DNA of 64,000 nt from Alkalispirochaeta sp. (lineage in GTDB: Bacteria > Spirochaetota > Spirochaetia > DSM-27196 > Alkalispirochaetaceae), in assembly GCA_965601925.1 (NCBI GenBank), contig OZ271854.1, forward strand, positions 3,008,001 through 3,072,000, read 5' to 3'. Positions 1-8,985 of this stretch are shown piece by piece (the stretch's first letter is position 1; the number at the start of each line of letters is the position of its first letter). The position numbers and the translations under genes were made by a program. Under the pieces are notes generated by a model that saw only the letters and a program-made list of their open reading frames with translations, did not search any database and had not been told where the DNA came from.

Positions 1-849
1 GGCTTCTCGTTGGGACCCTTGTTCCAGTTGCGGATGCTGTGGGCCCTGGCGATCATCGACGCTTTGGAGGATCTGCGTCTGAGACTCAGGCCGTACGAGC
101 GTGAGCAAGGGAGTATCAATCGCGCCTTCGAGGCCGGGACGGAGGCTGTCGCCGCAGCCTTGGAACATTCGATCCGCAAAGCCGTCGCCGCGTACCGCCG
201 GGCCGTCGATGCACTCTCGGCCGTGCCGCTCCGGGAGGTTCCCGACCGGCCCAAGGTCTTCGTGATCGGAGAGTTCCTGCTCAACTTTCATCCGACGAGC
301 AACTTCGACATTGTGAACTACTTAGAGGCCAACGGCATGGAGGTGATTCTCCCCAACATTCTCGACTCCTTTCGGCGCGACTTCATGCGCATGAAGACCG
401 AGCGCAAGGAGTTTTTCATCCGTTACCCGTTGGCCGACACGGTACTCGCCGGCATCACCGATACACTGTTCGACCACGTTTTGGACAAGGTCGCCTCGAT
501 AGCCGAGACAAATCCGCGGTATGAGCGCCGCGTTCCCCTACCGGAAATTGCGAAGTATTCCGAGGAGATCGTGCACCATACCTTCACCTCCGGAGAGGGG
601 TGGTTGATCGCCGGTGAGATTCTCCACCACGCGGCCCACGGCGTGCGATCCTTTCTCATTTTGCAGCCCTTCGGGTGTCTGCCCAACCATGTGACCGGGC
701 GCGGTCTCGTGAAACGGTTCAAGGAGATCCATCCCGATGCGCAGATTCTGAGTCTCGACTACGATCCCGACACGAGTTTCGCCAATATCGAAAATCGTCT
801 GCAAATGCTTATTTTGAACAGCCGCCTCGGCTCCGGCGTCACGCCGTAG
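1..849 (+). CDS. C-terminal part (5' truncated by window) of a CoA-activase/2-hydroxyacyl-CoA dehydratase-related protein, PlsA/PlsR/Ger-like
   Basis: Frame open from base 1. Motifs RLRPYE, KVFVIGEF, GEGWLIAGE, QPFGCLPNHVTGRG and LSLDYD..S.ANIENRLQML match the C-terminal reductase-like domain of this family. Confidence 0.8.
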   Translation, partial: GFSLGPLFQLRMLWALAIIDALEDLRLRLRPYEREQGSINRAFEAGTEAVAAALEHSIRKAVAAYRRAVDALSAVPLREVPDRPKVFVIGEFLLNFHPTSNFDIVNYLEANGMEVILPNILDSFRRDFMRMKTERKEFFIRYPLADTVLAGITDTLFDHVLDKVASIAETNPRYERRVPLPEIAKYSEEIVHHTFTSGEGWLIAGEILHHAAHGVRSFLILQPFGCLPNHVTGRGLVKRFKEIHPDAQILSLDYDPDTSFANIENRLQMLILNSRLGSGVTP

Positions 850-928
850 TCTCTGTCAAACAGGCGTCTGCGTCGTGTGTCACGGTGCCGCCGTCGGTGA
901 ATGCGTCGCCCCCCTCTACGGGAAGCGG

Positions 929-957
929 TTGCCGTCACGCGTCCCGAGCGCTACACT
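929..957 (+). promoter_or_regulatory. sigma70-type promoter of pgmB, probably leaderless
   Basis: TTGCCG-17 nt-TACACT, ATG 7 nt downstream, no SD. Confidence 0.55.
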
Positions 958-964
958 GCCTTGC

Positions 965-1618
965 ATGAAGGCCGTACTATTCGATCTCGACGGCGTCGTC
1001 GTCTACACCGACGCCTATCACTATCGAGCGTGGAAGCGTCTCGCGGATGAGGAAGGATGGCGTTTCGACGAGACGCAGAACGATCGGCTGCGAGGTGTCT
1101 CGCGCCTCGCTTCGCTGCAGATCATCCTCGATCTCAACGGCGTCGAGCTTACGCCGGAGCGCAAAGAGGAGCTCGCTACGCGCAAGAACGAGTATTACAA
1201 GGCGCTCCTCGAAACGATCGACGAGACGGCCCTCGTGCCCGGTGCACTCGATTTTATCCGCGCCCTTCGCCGCGAGAGTATTCTGATCGGCCTGGGTAGC
1301 AGCAGCCGCAACGCTCAGATGGTCCTGGACAAGCTCGGTATCGCGGATCTCTTCGACGCAACGGTCACCGGTCACGATATCAAACGCTCCAAGCCCGATC
1401 CCGAGATATTTCTCCTCGGGGCGCGCACGTTGGGTGTAGAGCCCGCCGAGTGCGTCGTCTTCGAGGATGCGCCGAGCGGTGTCGAGGCGGCCTTGGCCGG
1501 CGGTATGATCGCCGTCGGCTTCGGACCTACCGAGGGGCTGGACGCCGCCGATATCCTCGTCGCCTCCTACGACGGACTCGATTACGCCGAGTTTCTGCGC
1601 CGTCTCGACGCGCGTTGA
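965..1618 (+). CDS. pgmB: beta-phosphoglucomutase (HAD family)
   Basis: MKAVLFDLDGV, HYRAWK, LRGVSR, SSSRNA, KPDPEIF, VFEDA. Start moved to ATG 965. Confidence 0.85.
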   Translation: MKAVLFDLDGVVVYTDAYHYRAWKRLADEEGWRFDETQNDRLRGVSRLASLQIILDLNGVELTPERKEELATRKNEYYKALLETIDETALVPGALDFIRALRRESILIGLGSSSRNAQMVLDKLGIADLFDATVTGHDIKRSKPDPEIFLLGARTLGVEPAECVVFEDAPSGVEAALAGGMIAVGFGPTEGLDAADILVASYDGLDYAEFLRRLDAR

Positions 1619-1641
1619 CTTCCCCGCCGAGGAGGTGTTTC

Positions 1642-3051
1642 ATGGCCGATACCGCTGCCGCGCCGACGGTAGATATCGACGCGTTGGTCGAACGACAACG
1701 CACCTTTTTTCGCAGTGCCGCGACGCTGCCCCGCGCTTATCGCCTCGGTGCGCTCTCCACCCTCGCGGCGGCGATCGAGTCTCGAGAGGACGCGATCACC
1801 GATGCGCTGAAGAGCGACCTGGGAAAGGGCGCGTTCGAGGCGTACACCAGCGAGATCGCGCTTCTTTACGAGGAGATCCGTCTCGCGAGAAGGAGTCTGC
1901 GCCGCTGGATGCGTACCGAGCGCGTCTCGACACCGATCGTTCACGCGCCGGGGCGAAGTCGCATTATCCGTCGCCCCCGCGGCGTCTCGGCGGTGTTGAG
2001 CCCGTGGAACTATCCGTTTCAACTCGCCCTTGCGCCGGTCGTCGCCTCGATCGCCGCGGGCAACTGCACCATTCTCAAGCCTTCGGAGTTCGCTCCGGCT
2101 ACCTCGCGGGTCATTGCACGGATGATTCGAGAGCACTTCGACGAGGCGTATCTGGCGTGTGTGGAGGGTGCCGGTGCGCTCGCCGCCCGCCTCACCGCCG
2201 CGGAAGTGGACCACATTTTTTACACCGGAAGCACGCGCATCGGCCGTATCGTCATGCGCACCGCCGCAGAACGTCTCGTGCCGGTATCCCTTGAGCTCGG
2301 CGGCAAGTCGCCGGCAATTGTGAGTTCGACGGCGCGTATCGATGTAGCGGCGCGCAGGGTCATGTGGGGCAAGGTGTTGAACGCCGGACAGACGTGCGTC
2401 GCCCCCGACTACGTGTGCGTCCACCGAACGGTACTCGATGCGTTTCTCGACGGCCTTTCGGCGGCGTTGCACGCCTTTTACCCGAAAGGGCCGGCCGGGA
2501 CCACCGACTACGGACGCATCGTGAACGAGGCCCACTTCGACCGCCTCTCCCAACTTATGGATCGCCAGGCCGATCGGGTGAGCGCCGGAATCGGCGGGAC
2601 GAGAGATCGCGACGAGCGCTATATCGCGCCCACCGTCTACGCACCGGTCGCGTGGGACGATCCCATCATGGAAGACGAGATTTTCGGACCTCTGTTGCCC
2701 GTCATAGTCTACGACGACTTCGAGCGACTGATAGAGACGATCGCGGTACGTCCGACGCCGTTGGCGGCGTATATGTTCAGTGAGGATCGCGCCGAGATAC
2801 GACGCTTCGAGCGCCGGCTACCCTTCGGGGGCGCGACGATTAACGATACGGTGGTGCACCTGACCAATCCCAAGCTCCCGTTCGGAGGGAGCGGTCCGAG
2901 CGGCATGGGAAGTTACCACGGCGTGGCCGGTTTTCGCGAGTTCAGCCATACTGCCGCGGTTCTAAGACGCTCCTCGCGCTTCGACGTGCCGCTCAAATAT
3001 CCGCCCTACGGAGACTCTCTCAAGCTGGTTCGCCGTTTGATGAAGCCGTAA
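1642..3051 (+). CDS. NAD(P)-dependent aldehyde dehydrogenase, ALDH3/fatty-aldehyde type
   Basis: PWNYP, FYTGS, LELGGKSP, NAGQTCVAPDY, EIFGP, PFGG, C-terminal KYPPY. GGAGG SD before ATG 1642. Confidence 0.9.
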   Translation: MADTAAAPTVDIDALVERQRTFFRSAATLPRAYRLGALSTLAAAIESREDAITDALKSDLGKGAFEAYTSEIALLYEEIRLARRSLRRWMRTERVSTPIVHAPGRSRIIRRPRGVSAVLSPWNYPFQLALAPVVASIAAGNCTILKPSEFAPATSRVIARMIREHFDEAYLACVEGAGALAARLTAAEVDHIFYTGSTRIGRIVMRTAAERLVPVSLELGGKSPAIVSSTARIDVAARRVMWGKVLNAGQTCVAPDYVCVHRTVLDAFLDGLSAALHAFYPKGPAGTTDYGRIVNEAHFDRLSQLMDRQADRVSAGIGGTRDRDERYIAPTVYAPVAWDDPIMEDEIFGPLLPVIVYDDFERLIETIAVRPTPLAAYMFSEDRAEIRRFERRLPFGGATINDTVVHLTNPKLPFGGSGPSGMGSYHGVAGFREFSHTAAVLRRSSRFDVPLKYPPYGDSLKLVRRLMKP

Positions 3052-4081
3052 CGGGGTGGGAGGAGTCTTCCACGCGGGCGCGCTCGATGAGCCGGAGTGC
3101 CGACCGAGCGTCGGCGGTGGCGTAGAGTCGTTCGAGAAGTGCCCGACCCGCTGCGTGATGAACCGGGACGTAGTTGCGATAGAACTTCTTCAAAACCTCG
3201 TAGTTGCGCGTCTTACCCCACCTCATCGTATAGCGCTCAATGTGTTCGGCCGCCATCGACAGACGCGTATCCCAATCGACCTCGGCCCACGCCGCCAGGC
3301 CGGGCGTCACGTCGCGGACAAAGAGCCACGGATCGCGGAATATGCCGCGTCCGACCATGACGCCGTCGATTCCCGTTTGCTCGATGAGCCGTCGGGCGTG
3401 GGAGAGACTTCGCACATCGCCGTTGCCGAGGATCACCGTTTCGGGCGCGAGCTCGTCTCGCAGCAGAACGACGCGCGCCATTTCCCTCCAATCGGCCCAA
3501 CCGTCGGACATTTGCGTCGCCGTGCGCGGATGCACCGTAAGCGCGTCCGGACGTTGGTCGAGCAGAAAGGCGCACCACTGCTCGGTACGGCGATGCTCGA
3601 CGCCGATGCGCGTCTTGACGCTTACCGGTAGCGAGCCGCCCTCGCGACACGCGTGGATGATCTCCGCCGCCAGCGGCGGATCGTCGATCAATGCGGCGCC
3701 GGAGCGCGCTTTTCTGATTTTGCGTACCGGGCATCCCATGTTGATATCGACACCGTCGAAACCCACCGTCTCCAGCGCCGAGGCGGCGCGAAGGAACTCT
3801 TCGGGACGAGTCCCCCACAGTTGGGCGATCAGCGGTCTCTCGTCTTCGGTGAACTGAAGTCGTCCGTTGATCGGCCGCCCGGCAGCCCGATCGTCTACGG
3901 CGCGAAACGCCGCGTCCACCCGCGTAAACTCGGTAAACATCACCGCGGGGCCGCGACTCGCGTCACCGGAGACGCGTAACGACCACAGCCGTACCAAGTG
4001 TCGAAACACCGTGTCGGTGACGTCTTCCATCGGTGCCAGTGAGAATATCGGTTTGGGAAGCTCTTTCCATACGTTGCACAC
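3020..4081 (-). CDS. tRNA-dihydrouridine synthase (Dus family)
   Basis: LAPMEDVTD, AQLWG, DINMGCP, VSVKTRIG, VHPRT, GNGDV, GVMVGRG. 3' end overlaps the ALDH gene by 32 nt. Confidence 0.9.
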   Translation of the reverse strand: MCNVWKELPKPIFSLAPMEDVTDTVFRHLVRLWSLRVSGDASRGPAVMFTEFTRVDAAFRAVDDRAAGRPINGRLQFTEDERPLIAQLWGTRPEEFLRAASALETVGFDGVDINMGCPVRKIRKARSGAALIDDPPLAAEIIHACREGGSLPVSVKTRIGVEHRRTEQWCAFLLDQRPDALTVHPRTATQMSDGWADWREMARVVLLRDELAPETVILGNGDVRSLSHARRLIEQTGIDGVMVGRGIFRDPWLFVRDVTPGLAAWAEVDWDTRLSMAAEHIERYTMRWGKTRNYEVLKKFYRNYVPVHHAAGRALLERLYATADARSALRLIERARVEDSSHPVTASSNGEPA

Positions 4082-4170
4082 GCGCGGTAATCATACGGCA
4101 ATGACTTGAGCGTTCCAAGGCGAAGTACAATACTTACAGTACGCGTCTCGGTGGATACTGCAAAAGGAGC

Positions 4171-5331
4171 GTGTCGGTGGACTCCTATATCGTATTGGTT
4201 GATGATGAGCAGTCGATTCTCAACGCCCTCAGGCGAGAGTTGAGGAAGTGGGCCAAAGAGCGGGGGCTTCAGTTTTTTCTCGCCAACTCGGGTGAGGAGG
4301 CGCTCGAGTTTCTGGGCGAGCACTACCTCGACGTTGTTCTCCTGATGTCGGATCAGAAGATGCCGGGAGTCAAGGGACACGAGCTCCTCTCGACGTGCGC
4401 CCAGCGGTACCCCAACATCATCTTGATGATGCTGACCGGATATACCGATATCAACGACATCGTGAAGACGATCCGCGCCGGGGTGTACAGCTTCATCTTG
4501 AAACCGTGGGATCACGACGATCTGATCTACGAGGTCACCAAGGCGTACAACGTTCACGAGGCGCGGGAAAAGAACGCCGCCTATCTCAAGCGCATAAAAA
4601 ATGAAGTCTCGTTGGCGCGGGCTATCGGAGAGCGTCTGAGTCCTCGGGAGTCGCGCGCAATCGGCCCGCATCGCCTTGTGTCCTACACTGCCCATTCCGC
4701 CGATCATAACGGCACATCCAAAGAGTACTTTCGGTGTCTCGATACCGGCGAGCGTTTGTCGGTGATCTTCTCGATACATGTACAGGCGAATCCGGTGCAG
4801 GGAGCGCTCGTCGGTGCCACCGCCGCGCTGGAGCTTCAGCGGGCGGTATTGGAACCGGCCGAGGCGGAGCCGGCATCCGGCGCGCTTCTCACGAGACTCT
4901 CGAAGACCATGGACGAGGTCTTTACGGTGCAACCCGACCTCCTCGTGGGAATGTCTCTTGCAGTGTTCGATCGAGAGAGCGGGACACTCACCTTCAGTGC
5001 CGAGGGATATCCGCCCTGGGTGCTTATCCGCTCCGACGGGTTCGCCGAAATCGAACCTACCGACGCCTCGGCGGGCGAGTTGGAAGAGCAAACGGTACGT
5101 CTCGACAGCGGCGATATCGTCGCTATACCGGGGCCGGGGCTTCGGGAGGTGTTGGTGGACACCGAGGACGATCCGCGACCGTCACGCAGCCTCGCCCGTT
5201 TGGTGCGCGAGCATCTGGAACGCGAGAGCCCCGAGGAGGCGTGTCGCGCCATCTGTGACGATTCCGGCGCCGAAGACGGTACCCCCCGGGGCGCCACCGA
5301 TCGAAGTCTCGCGCTTCTCATGGTGCAATGA
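4171..5331 (+). CDS. Response regulator (REC) with a degenerate SpoIIE/PP2C-like C-terminal domain
   Basis: LVDDE, SDQKMP, LTGY, ILKPW. C-terminal FDRESGTLTFSAEGYPP and LDSGDIV resemble SpoIIE. AAGGAG SD before GTG. Confidence 0.75.
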   Translation: MSVDSYIVLVDDEQSILNALRRELRKWAKERGLQFFLANSGEEALEFLGEHYLDVVLLMSDQKMPGVKGHELLSTCAQRYPNIILMMLTGYTDINDIVKTIRAGVYSFILKPWDHDDLIYEVTKAYNVHEAREKNAAYLKRIKNEVSLARAIGERLSPRESRAIGPHRLVSYTAHSADHNGTSKEYFRCLDTGERLSVIFSIHVQANPVQGALVGATAALELQRAVLEPAEAEPASGALLTRLSKTMDEVFTVQPDLLVGMSLAVFDRESGTLTFSAEGYPPWVLIRSDGFAEIEPTDASAGELEEQTVRLDSGDIVAIPGPGLREVLVDTEDDPRPSRSLARLVREHLERESPEEACRAICDDSGAEDGTPRGATDRSLALLMVQ

Positions 5332-7046
5332 AGAGGTTCGAGACGGGGGCGTTCCAGGCGTTCCTTCGGACACTTCCCGATCCGTGCGTCGTGCGCGGCG
5401 AGGATGGTCGTATCGTAGGATGTAACGAGTTGGCCGAGCGACTTTTCGGTCGGTCCGCGCCCGAGCTCCTCCGGTGCCGTCTCACGGACCTCGTATCGAA
5501 ATCGGCGAGACGGCAGTGGCGGTACGCCGACGAGGTGTGTTTACGCGGCGAGAAGGTCATTAAGTTTTCCGTCTCGATGCCCGGACCGTCCGGAACGGTG
5601 CGCGTTCTGGCGGTGCGACAGCGTCGGTCGGTAGATGCTGCGGGCGCGGCGGTACTCGTATCCACCTTGCGAGAGGCCACCGTAGAGCACGAGATTCGGC
5701 ACGAACTCAATCAGCGCGAGCAGTTCGAAGGTATTCTCCTCGGTATCACATCGGAGTTCGTTAATCGAAGCTCGCGGGAGGTCGCACACTCCTTCTCCGG
5801 TGTTCTCGCCGCTGTGGCCCAAGCCCTCGGTGCCGGTGTCGGGCTCTTTTTCGCCTACGACCGAACGCATCACAACTTGGAACCGGAGAGTGCGTGGGTC
5901 GTAGACGGAGACCCGGATGAGCTGGTCGCGAACATCGGCGCGATAGAGACCGGCGAGCTACCGTGGTGGGAGCCGATCGGCCGTCAGGATACGTCGCGAG
6001 AGTCGAACACGCACATTTCGTTTCTTGATGCTCGGTACACCTCCTACGCGGTGTATCCCGTGCATACCCAATACGAGACCCTGGGAGCGCTCTTCTTTGC
6101 TTCGACTGAGGACGAGGTCGTACGGCGTTACGATGAGAGCCTCCATGTGATGAAAGTCGTCGCGCTCCTGTTCGCCAACGTTCTGGCGCGGCGCGAGATC
6201 GAAAAGTTGCTTAACAACTACTCCATCAATCTCGAAAAGAAGGTCCAGGAGCGGACGCAGGATCTGAACGTCGCCTACGAAACGCTCAAGCAAACGCAGA
6301 GTCAACTCCTGCAGGCCGGCAAGATGGCCTCCATCGGCCAACTCGCCGCCGGCGTGGCGCACGAAATCAACAATCCCGTAGGATTCGTCAAGAGCAATCT
6401 TCACAGCCTGCGGGAGTATGCCGATGACTTGCGAAAAACGATGGGAGAGGGGCACGACGAGCTGTTGGACGAGATGGACGAGATCATCGCCGAAAGTATC
6501 GAGGGAACGCGCCGCGTCGACTCGATTGTAAAGAATCTACGCACCTTTTCACGCATGGATCGCGGAGACAGGAGCCTCGGGAACATTAACGATCTTCTGG
6601 AAAATACGCTGACGGTCATTTGGAACGAGTTGAAATACAAAGCCGACGTCGTCAAAGAGTACGGTGAGATTCCGGAAATATACTGTTCTATCGATCAGCT
6701 GAATCAGGTGTTCGTTAATCTGCTGGTAAACGCGGCACAGGCTATCGAAGAGAAGGGGGAAATACGGATCAATACGGGCCTTGACGAGGGGGTAGTGATG
6801 ATCCAGATCGCCGATACCGGCCACGGCATAGAACCGAATAACCTGGAGCGCATATTCGACCCCTTCTTCACGACCAAAGACGTCGGGCAGGGCACCGGAT
6901 TGGGACTCTCGATCGTCTACGACATCATTCGCGCCCACCACGGCACGATCTCCGTGGACAGCACTCCCGGTGAGGGCACCGTGTTTACGATCAGTCTGCC
7001 CACCGATGCCCGGCCGTCCGATCGACTTTCCGACGCAGTCCTGTAG
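5328..7046 (+). CDS. PAS/GAF sensor histidine kinase (NtrB-like HisKA-HATPase)
   Basis: KMASIGQLAAGVAHEINNP H-box, QVFVNLLVNA, DTGHG, FDPFFTTK, GTGLGLS. ATGA overlap with the response regulator. Confidence 0.9.
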   Translation: MKRFETGAFQAFLRTLPDPCVVRGEDGRIVGCNELAERLFGRSAPELLRCRLTDLVSKSARRQWRYADEVCLRGEKVIKFSVSMPGPSGTVRVLAVRQRRSVDAAGAAVLVSTLREATVEHEIRHELNQREQFEGILLGITSEFVNRSSREVAHSFSGVLAAVAQALGAGVGLFFAYDRTHHNLEPESAWVVDGDPDELVANIGAIETGELPWWEPIGRQDTSRESNTHISFLDARYTSYAVYPVHTQYETLGALFFASTEDEVVRRYDESLHVMKVVALLFANVLARREIEKLLNNYSINLEKKVQERTQDLNVAYETLKQTQSQLLQAGKMASIGQLAAGVAHEINNPVGFVKSNLHSLREYADDLRKTMGEGHDELLDEMDEIIAESIEGTRRVDSIVKNLRTFSRMDRGDRSLGNINDLLENTLTVIWNELKYKADVVKEYGEIPEIYCSIDQLNQVFVNLLVNAAQAIEEKGEIRINTGLDEGVVMIQIADTGHGIEPNNLERIFDPFFTTKDVGQGTGLGLSIVYDIIRAHHGTISVDSTPGEGTVFTISLPTDARPSDRLSDAVL

Positions 7047-7075
7047 ATCCGAGGCGCGTCGGCGACCGGGTGAGG

Positions 7076-7225
7076 TCACTTCCGCCGTTTGAGCCACACG
7101 AGAAGTGCACCGAGGAGCCAGAATCCCACCGTTGCCAACAGCGCAGGCCATACGGCGCCGGAGTCTCCCGACAAACGGGAGATCCAAACGAGTGCGGTAC
7201 CGACGACGGCGATCACGATTCCCAT
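7076..7225 (-). CDS. Small 49-aa two-helix membrane protein (below ORF-track cutoff)
   Basis: Manual translation: MGIVIAVVGTALVWISRLSGDSGAVWPALLATVGFWLLGALLVWLKRRK*. Two hydrophobic stretches and a basic tail. Confidence 0.55.
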   Translation of the reverse strand: MGIVIAVVGTALVWISRLSGDSGAVWPALLATVGFWLLGALLVWLKRRK

Positions 7226-7268
7226 AACGCTTTGACAGTACACCACGAGCTCTCATAAAATGACAATC

Positions 7269-7511
7269 ATGCCCGTGGGAGAGTGGTTTCGGGCGTTTGG
7301 TACTACATCTCCGGAGGACTACTTCGAAGTCGCTCGTCGCGGAGACGACCGTCGTCTCCTGATTCGACACTTTCAATACGACTCACGATTTCGCCGGGTT
7401 TTACGGTCGTCGGAGCATTACGTGGAAGAGCGAGAGTGGCTCGATCTTATCGCCGCCAACGAGATCGTGCGGGTTGAGCGCGATCGAGTGCCCTTTCTCA
7501 TGCCGATGTGA
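7269..7511 (+). CDS. Hypothetical protein, 80 aa
   Basis: Protein-like ORF preceded by TTGACA(7232)-18-TAAAAT(7256) with ATG 7 nt later. Alternative start at 7260. Confidence 0.55.
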   Translation: MPVGEWFRAFGTTSPEDYFEVARRGDDRRLLIRHFQYDSRFRRVLRSSEHYVEEREWLDLIAANEIVRVERDRVPFLMPM

Positions 7512-7597
7512 CGCGCTGCGGTCATCGTAGTTCGAGTGTATCGGAAATCGTCGCATTAACATGCCCATCACGACACGTCCGCTCACACTGATTACCC

Positions 7598-7755
7598 ATG
7601 AGCGAGGATACACAAAGCGAAGAGGTCTTCATTCTCGGTGCCGGTTTTTTTAGAAGTGGCTACACGGCGCAATGCTTGTTATGGCGGATCTCGCGGCAGT
7701 CATCCAAGGGACCGCCGAGATATCGAGTCGCCTTGAGGATTTGAGCAGCGCTTAA
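7598..7755 (+). pseudogene. Probable frameshifted/truncated remnant of a SIR2-like gene N-terminus
   Basis: MSEDTQSEEVFILGAGF, then after a T7 run another frame reads GAMLVMADLAAVI. This resembles the VFILGAGFS...MPxMxDL start of SIR2-like proteins. Confidence 0.4.
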
Positions 7756-7798
7756 TGATCCGGTCGAACTGAAGTGTGCGGCGCACAGTCGATTTTTC

Positions 7799-7860
7799 TT
7801 GACGAGACCGACATTCAGTTTGATAATACTGATGAAACGTTTCATGAAACGTTTCATCAG
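7799..7860 (+). promoter_or_regulatory. sigma70 promoter plus tandem LacI-family operator
   Basis: TTGACG-17-GATAAT followed by the perfect 32-bp palindrome CTGATGAAACGTTTCATGAAACGTTTCATCAG (7829-7860). Confidence 0.85.
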
Positions 7861-7920
7861 AAATCGGTAATTTCGATGCGTACCGTCGGTATGCGCGTTT
7901 CTGCCGACGGCGAGGAGTAT

Positions 7921-8934
7921 ATGACCCGAAGGATTACGATCAGAGACATCGCCAAACACGCCGGGGTATCGGTAGGTACGGTCTCCAACGTCCTCAATGA
8001 ACGGCCCAAGGTCGACGAGACGCTCCGGGACCGGGTGCGCACTGCCGTGGCGGAGTTGAACTATCGTGTGAATGTCCACGCCCGGGGCATGATCCTGCGT
8101 CGTAGCTTCAACATCGGTGTCGTTATCCCCTCGTTGACCGATCCGTTCTTCCCGCAGTTCGCGTCGTCCCTCGAACAGGCGATCGAAGATCGGGGGTCTC
8201 ACGTCATCATCGCCTCATCTCGCAGCGATGCGTCGCGCGAACGGGCGGTGTGCGAATCCCTCGTCGCAAAGCAGATTGACGGTCTCATCCTCACGCCCTG
8301 TTGCCGGGAGAACTGCGAATACTTCAACGGCTTGGTTGCCGACGGGCTCCCGATCGTGCAACTCGGGCGCTACTTTGAGGAGATTCACGCTCCAATCGTC
8401 AGGGCGGAGAACTTCGAGACCGGGCGGGCGGTCGTCGAACGCCTCTATCGTCTCGGACATCGCCGGATATTGCACCTCGCGGGTGTACCCGACAGCAATC
8501 CGGACATCGAACGGGCGCGGGGTTTTCGAGAAACGGTTGCGACCCTCGGTATCCGATCGGGGTGTACCGTCCTCGACGCCGACGACCCGATGTGGCGGGA
8601 GCGTATCACTCGGCTGTTCGCCTCCGACGATCCGCCGACCGCCGTGTTCGCCGTAGACGACCTGATCGCGTTCTCGTTTCTCAAGCTCGCGCGTCGGCTC
8701 GGGGTCGAGGTGCCGAGCGACGCGTCCCTCGTCTCCGTCGGACCCTTCTTTCCCCCTGAAGCCATGGTGATGGACCTCAGTACCTATACACTCGATCCGA
8801 AGCATATGAGCGGCGCTGCGTCCGAACTCCTGTTCTCCCGGATCGACGGAACGGATTCGGGTGCGGCGGATCGCGCGACCGGCGTTGTGGCTCCTACGCT
8901 CTACGTTGAAGGAGAGACAACCCAATCGTTGTAG
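7921..8934 (+). CDS. LacI-family transcriptional regulator
   Basis: TIRDIAKHAGVSVGTVSNVLN HTH and periplasmic-binding-like core. GAGGAG SD before ATG 7921. Confidence 0.93.
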   Translation: MTRRITIRDIAKHAGVSVGTVSNVLNERPKVDETLRDRVRTAVAELNYRVNVHARGMILRRSFNIGVVIPSLTDPFFPQFASSLEQAIEDRGSHVIIASSRSDASRERAVCESLVAKQIDGLILTPCCRENCEYFNGLVADGLPIVQLGRYFEEIHAPIVRAENFETGRAVVERLYRLGHRRILHLAGVPDSNPDIERARGFRETVATLGIRSGCTVLDADDPMWRERITRLFASDDPPTAVFAVDDLIAFSFLKLARRLGVEVPSDASLVSVGPFFPPEAMVMDLSTYTLDPKHMSGAASELLFSRIDGTDSGAADRATGVVAPTLYVEGETTQSL

Positions 8935-8985
8935 GAACTTTCCGATGTGATCGGCAAGAAACGTACCAAAAGGAGGAGACGGCGT

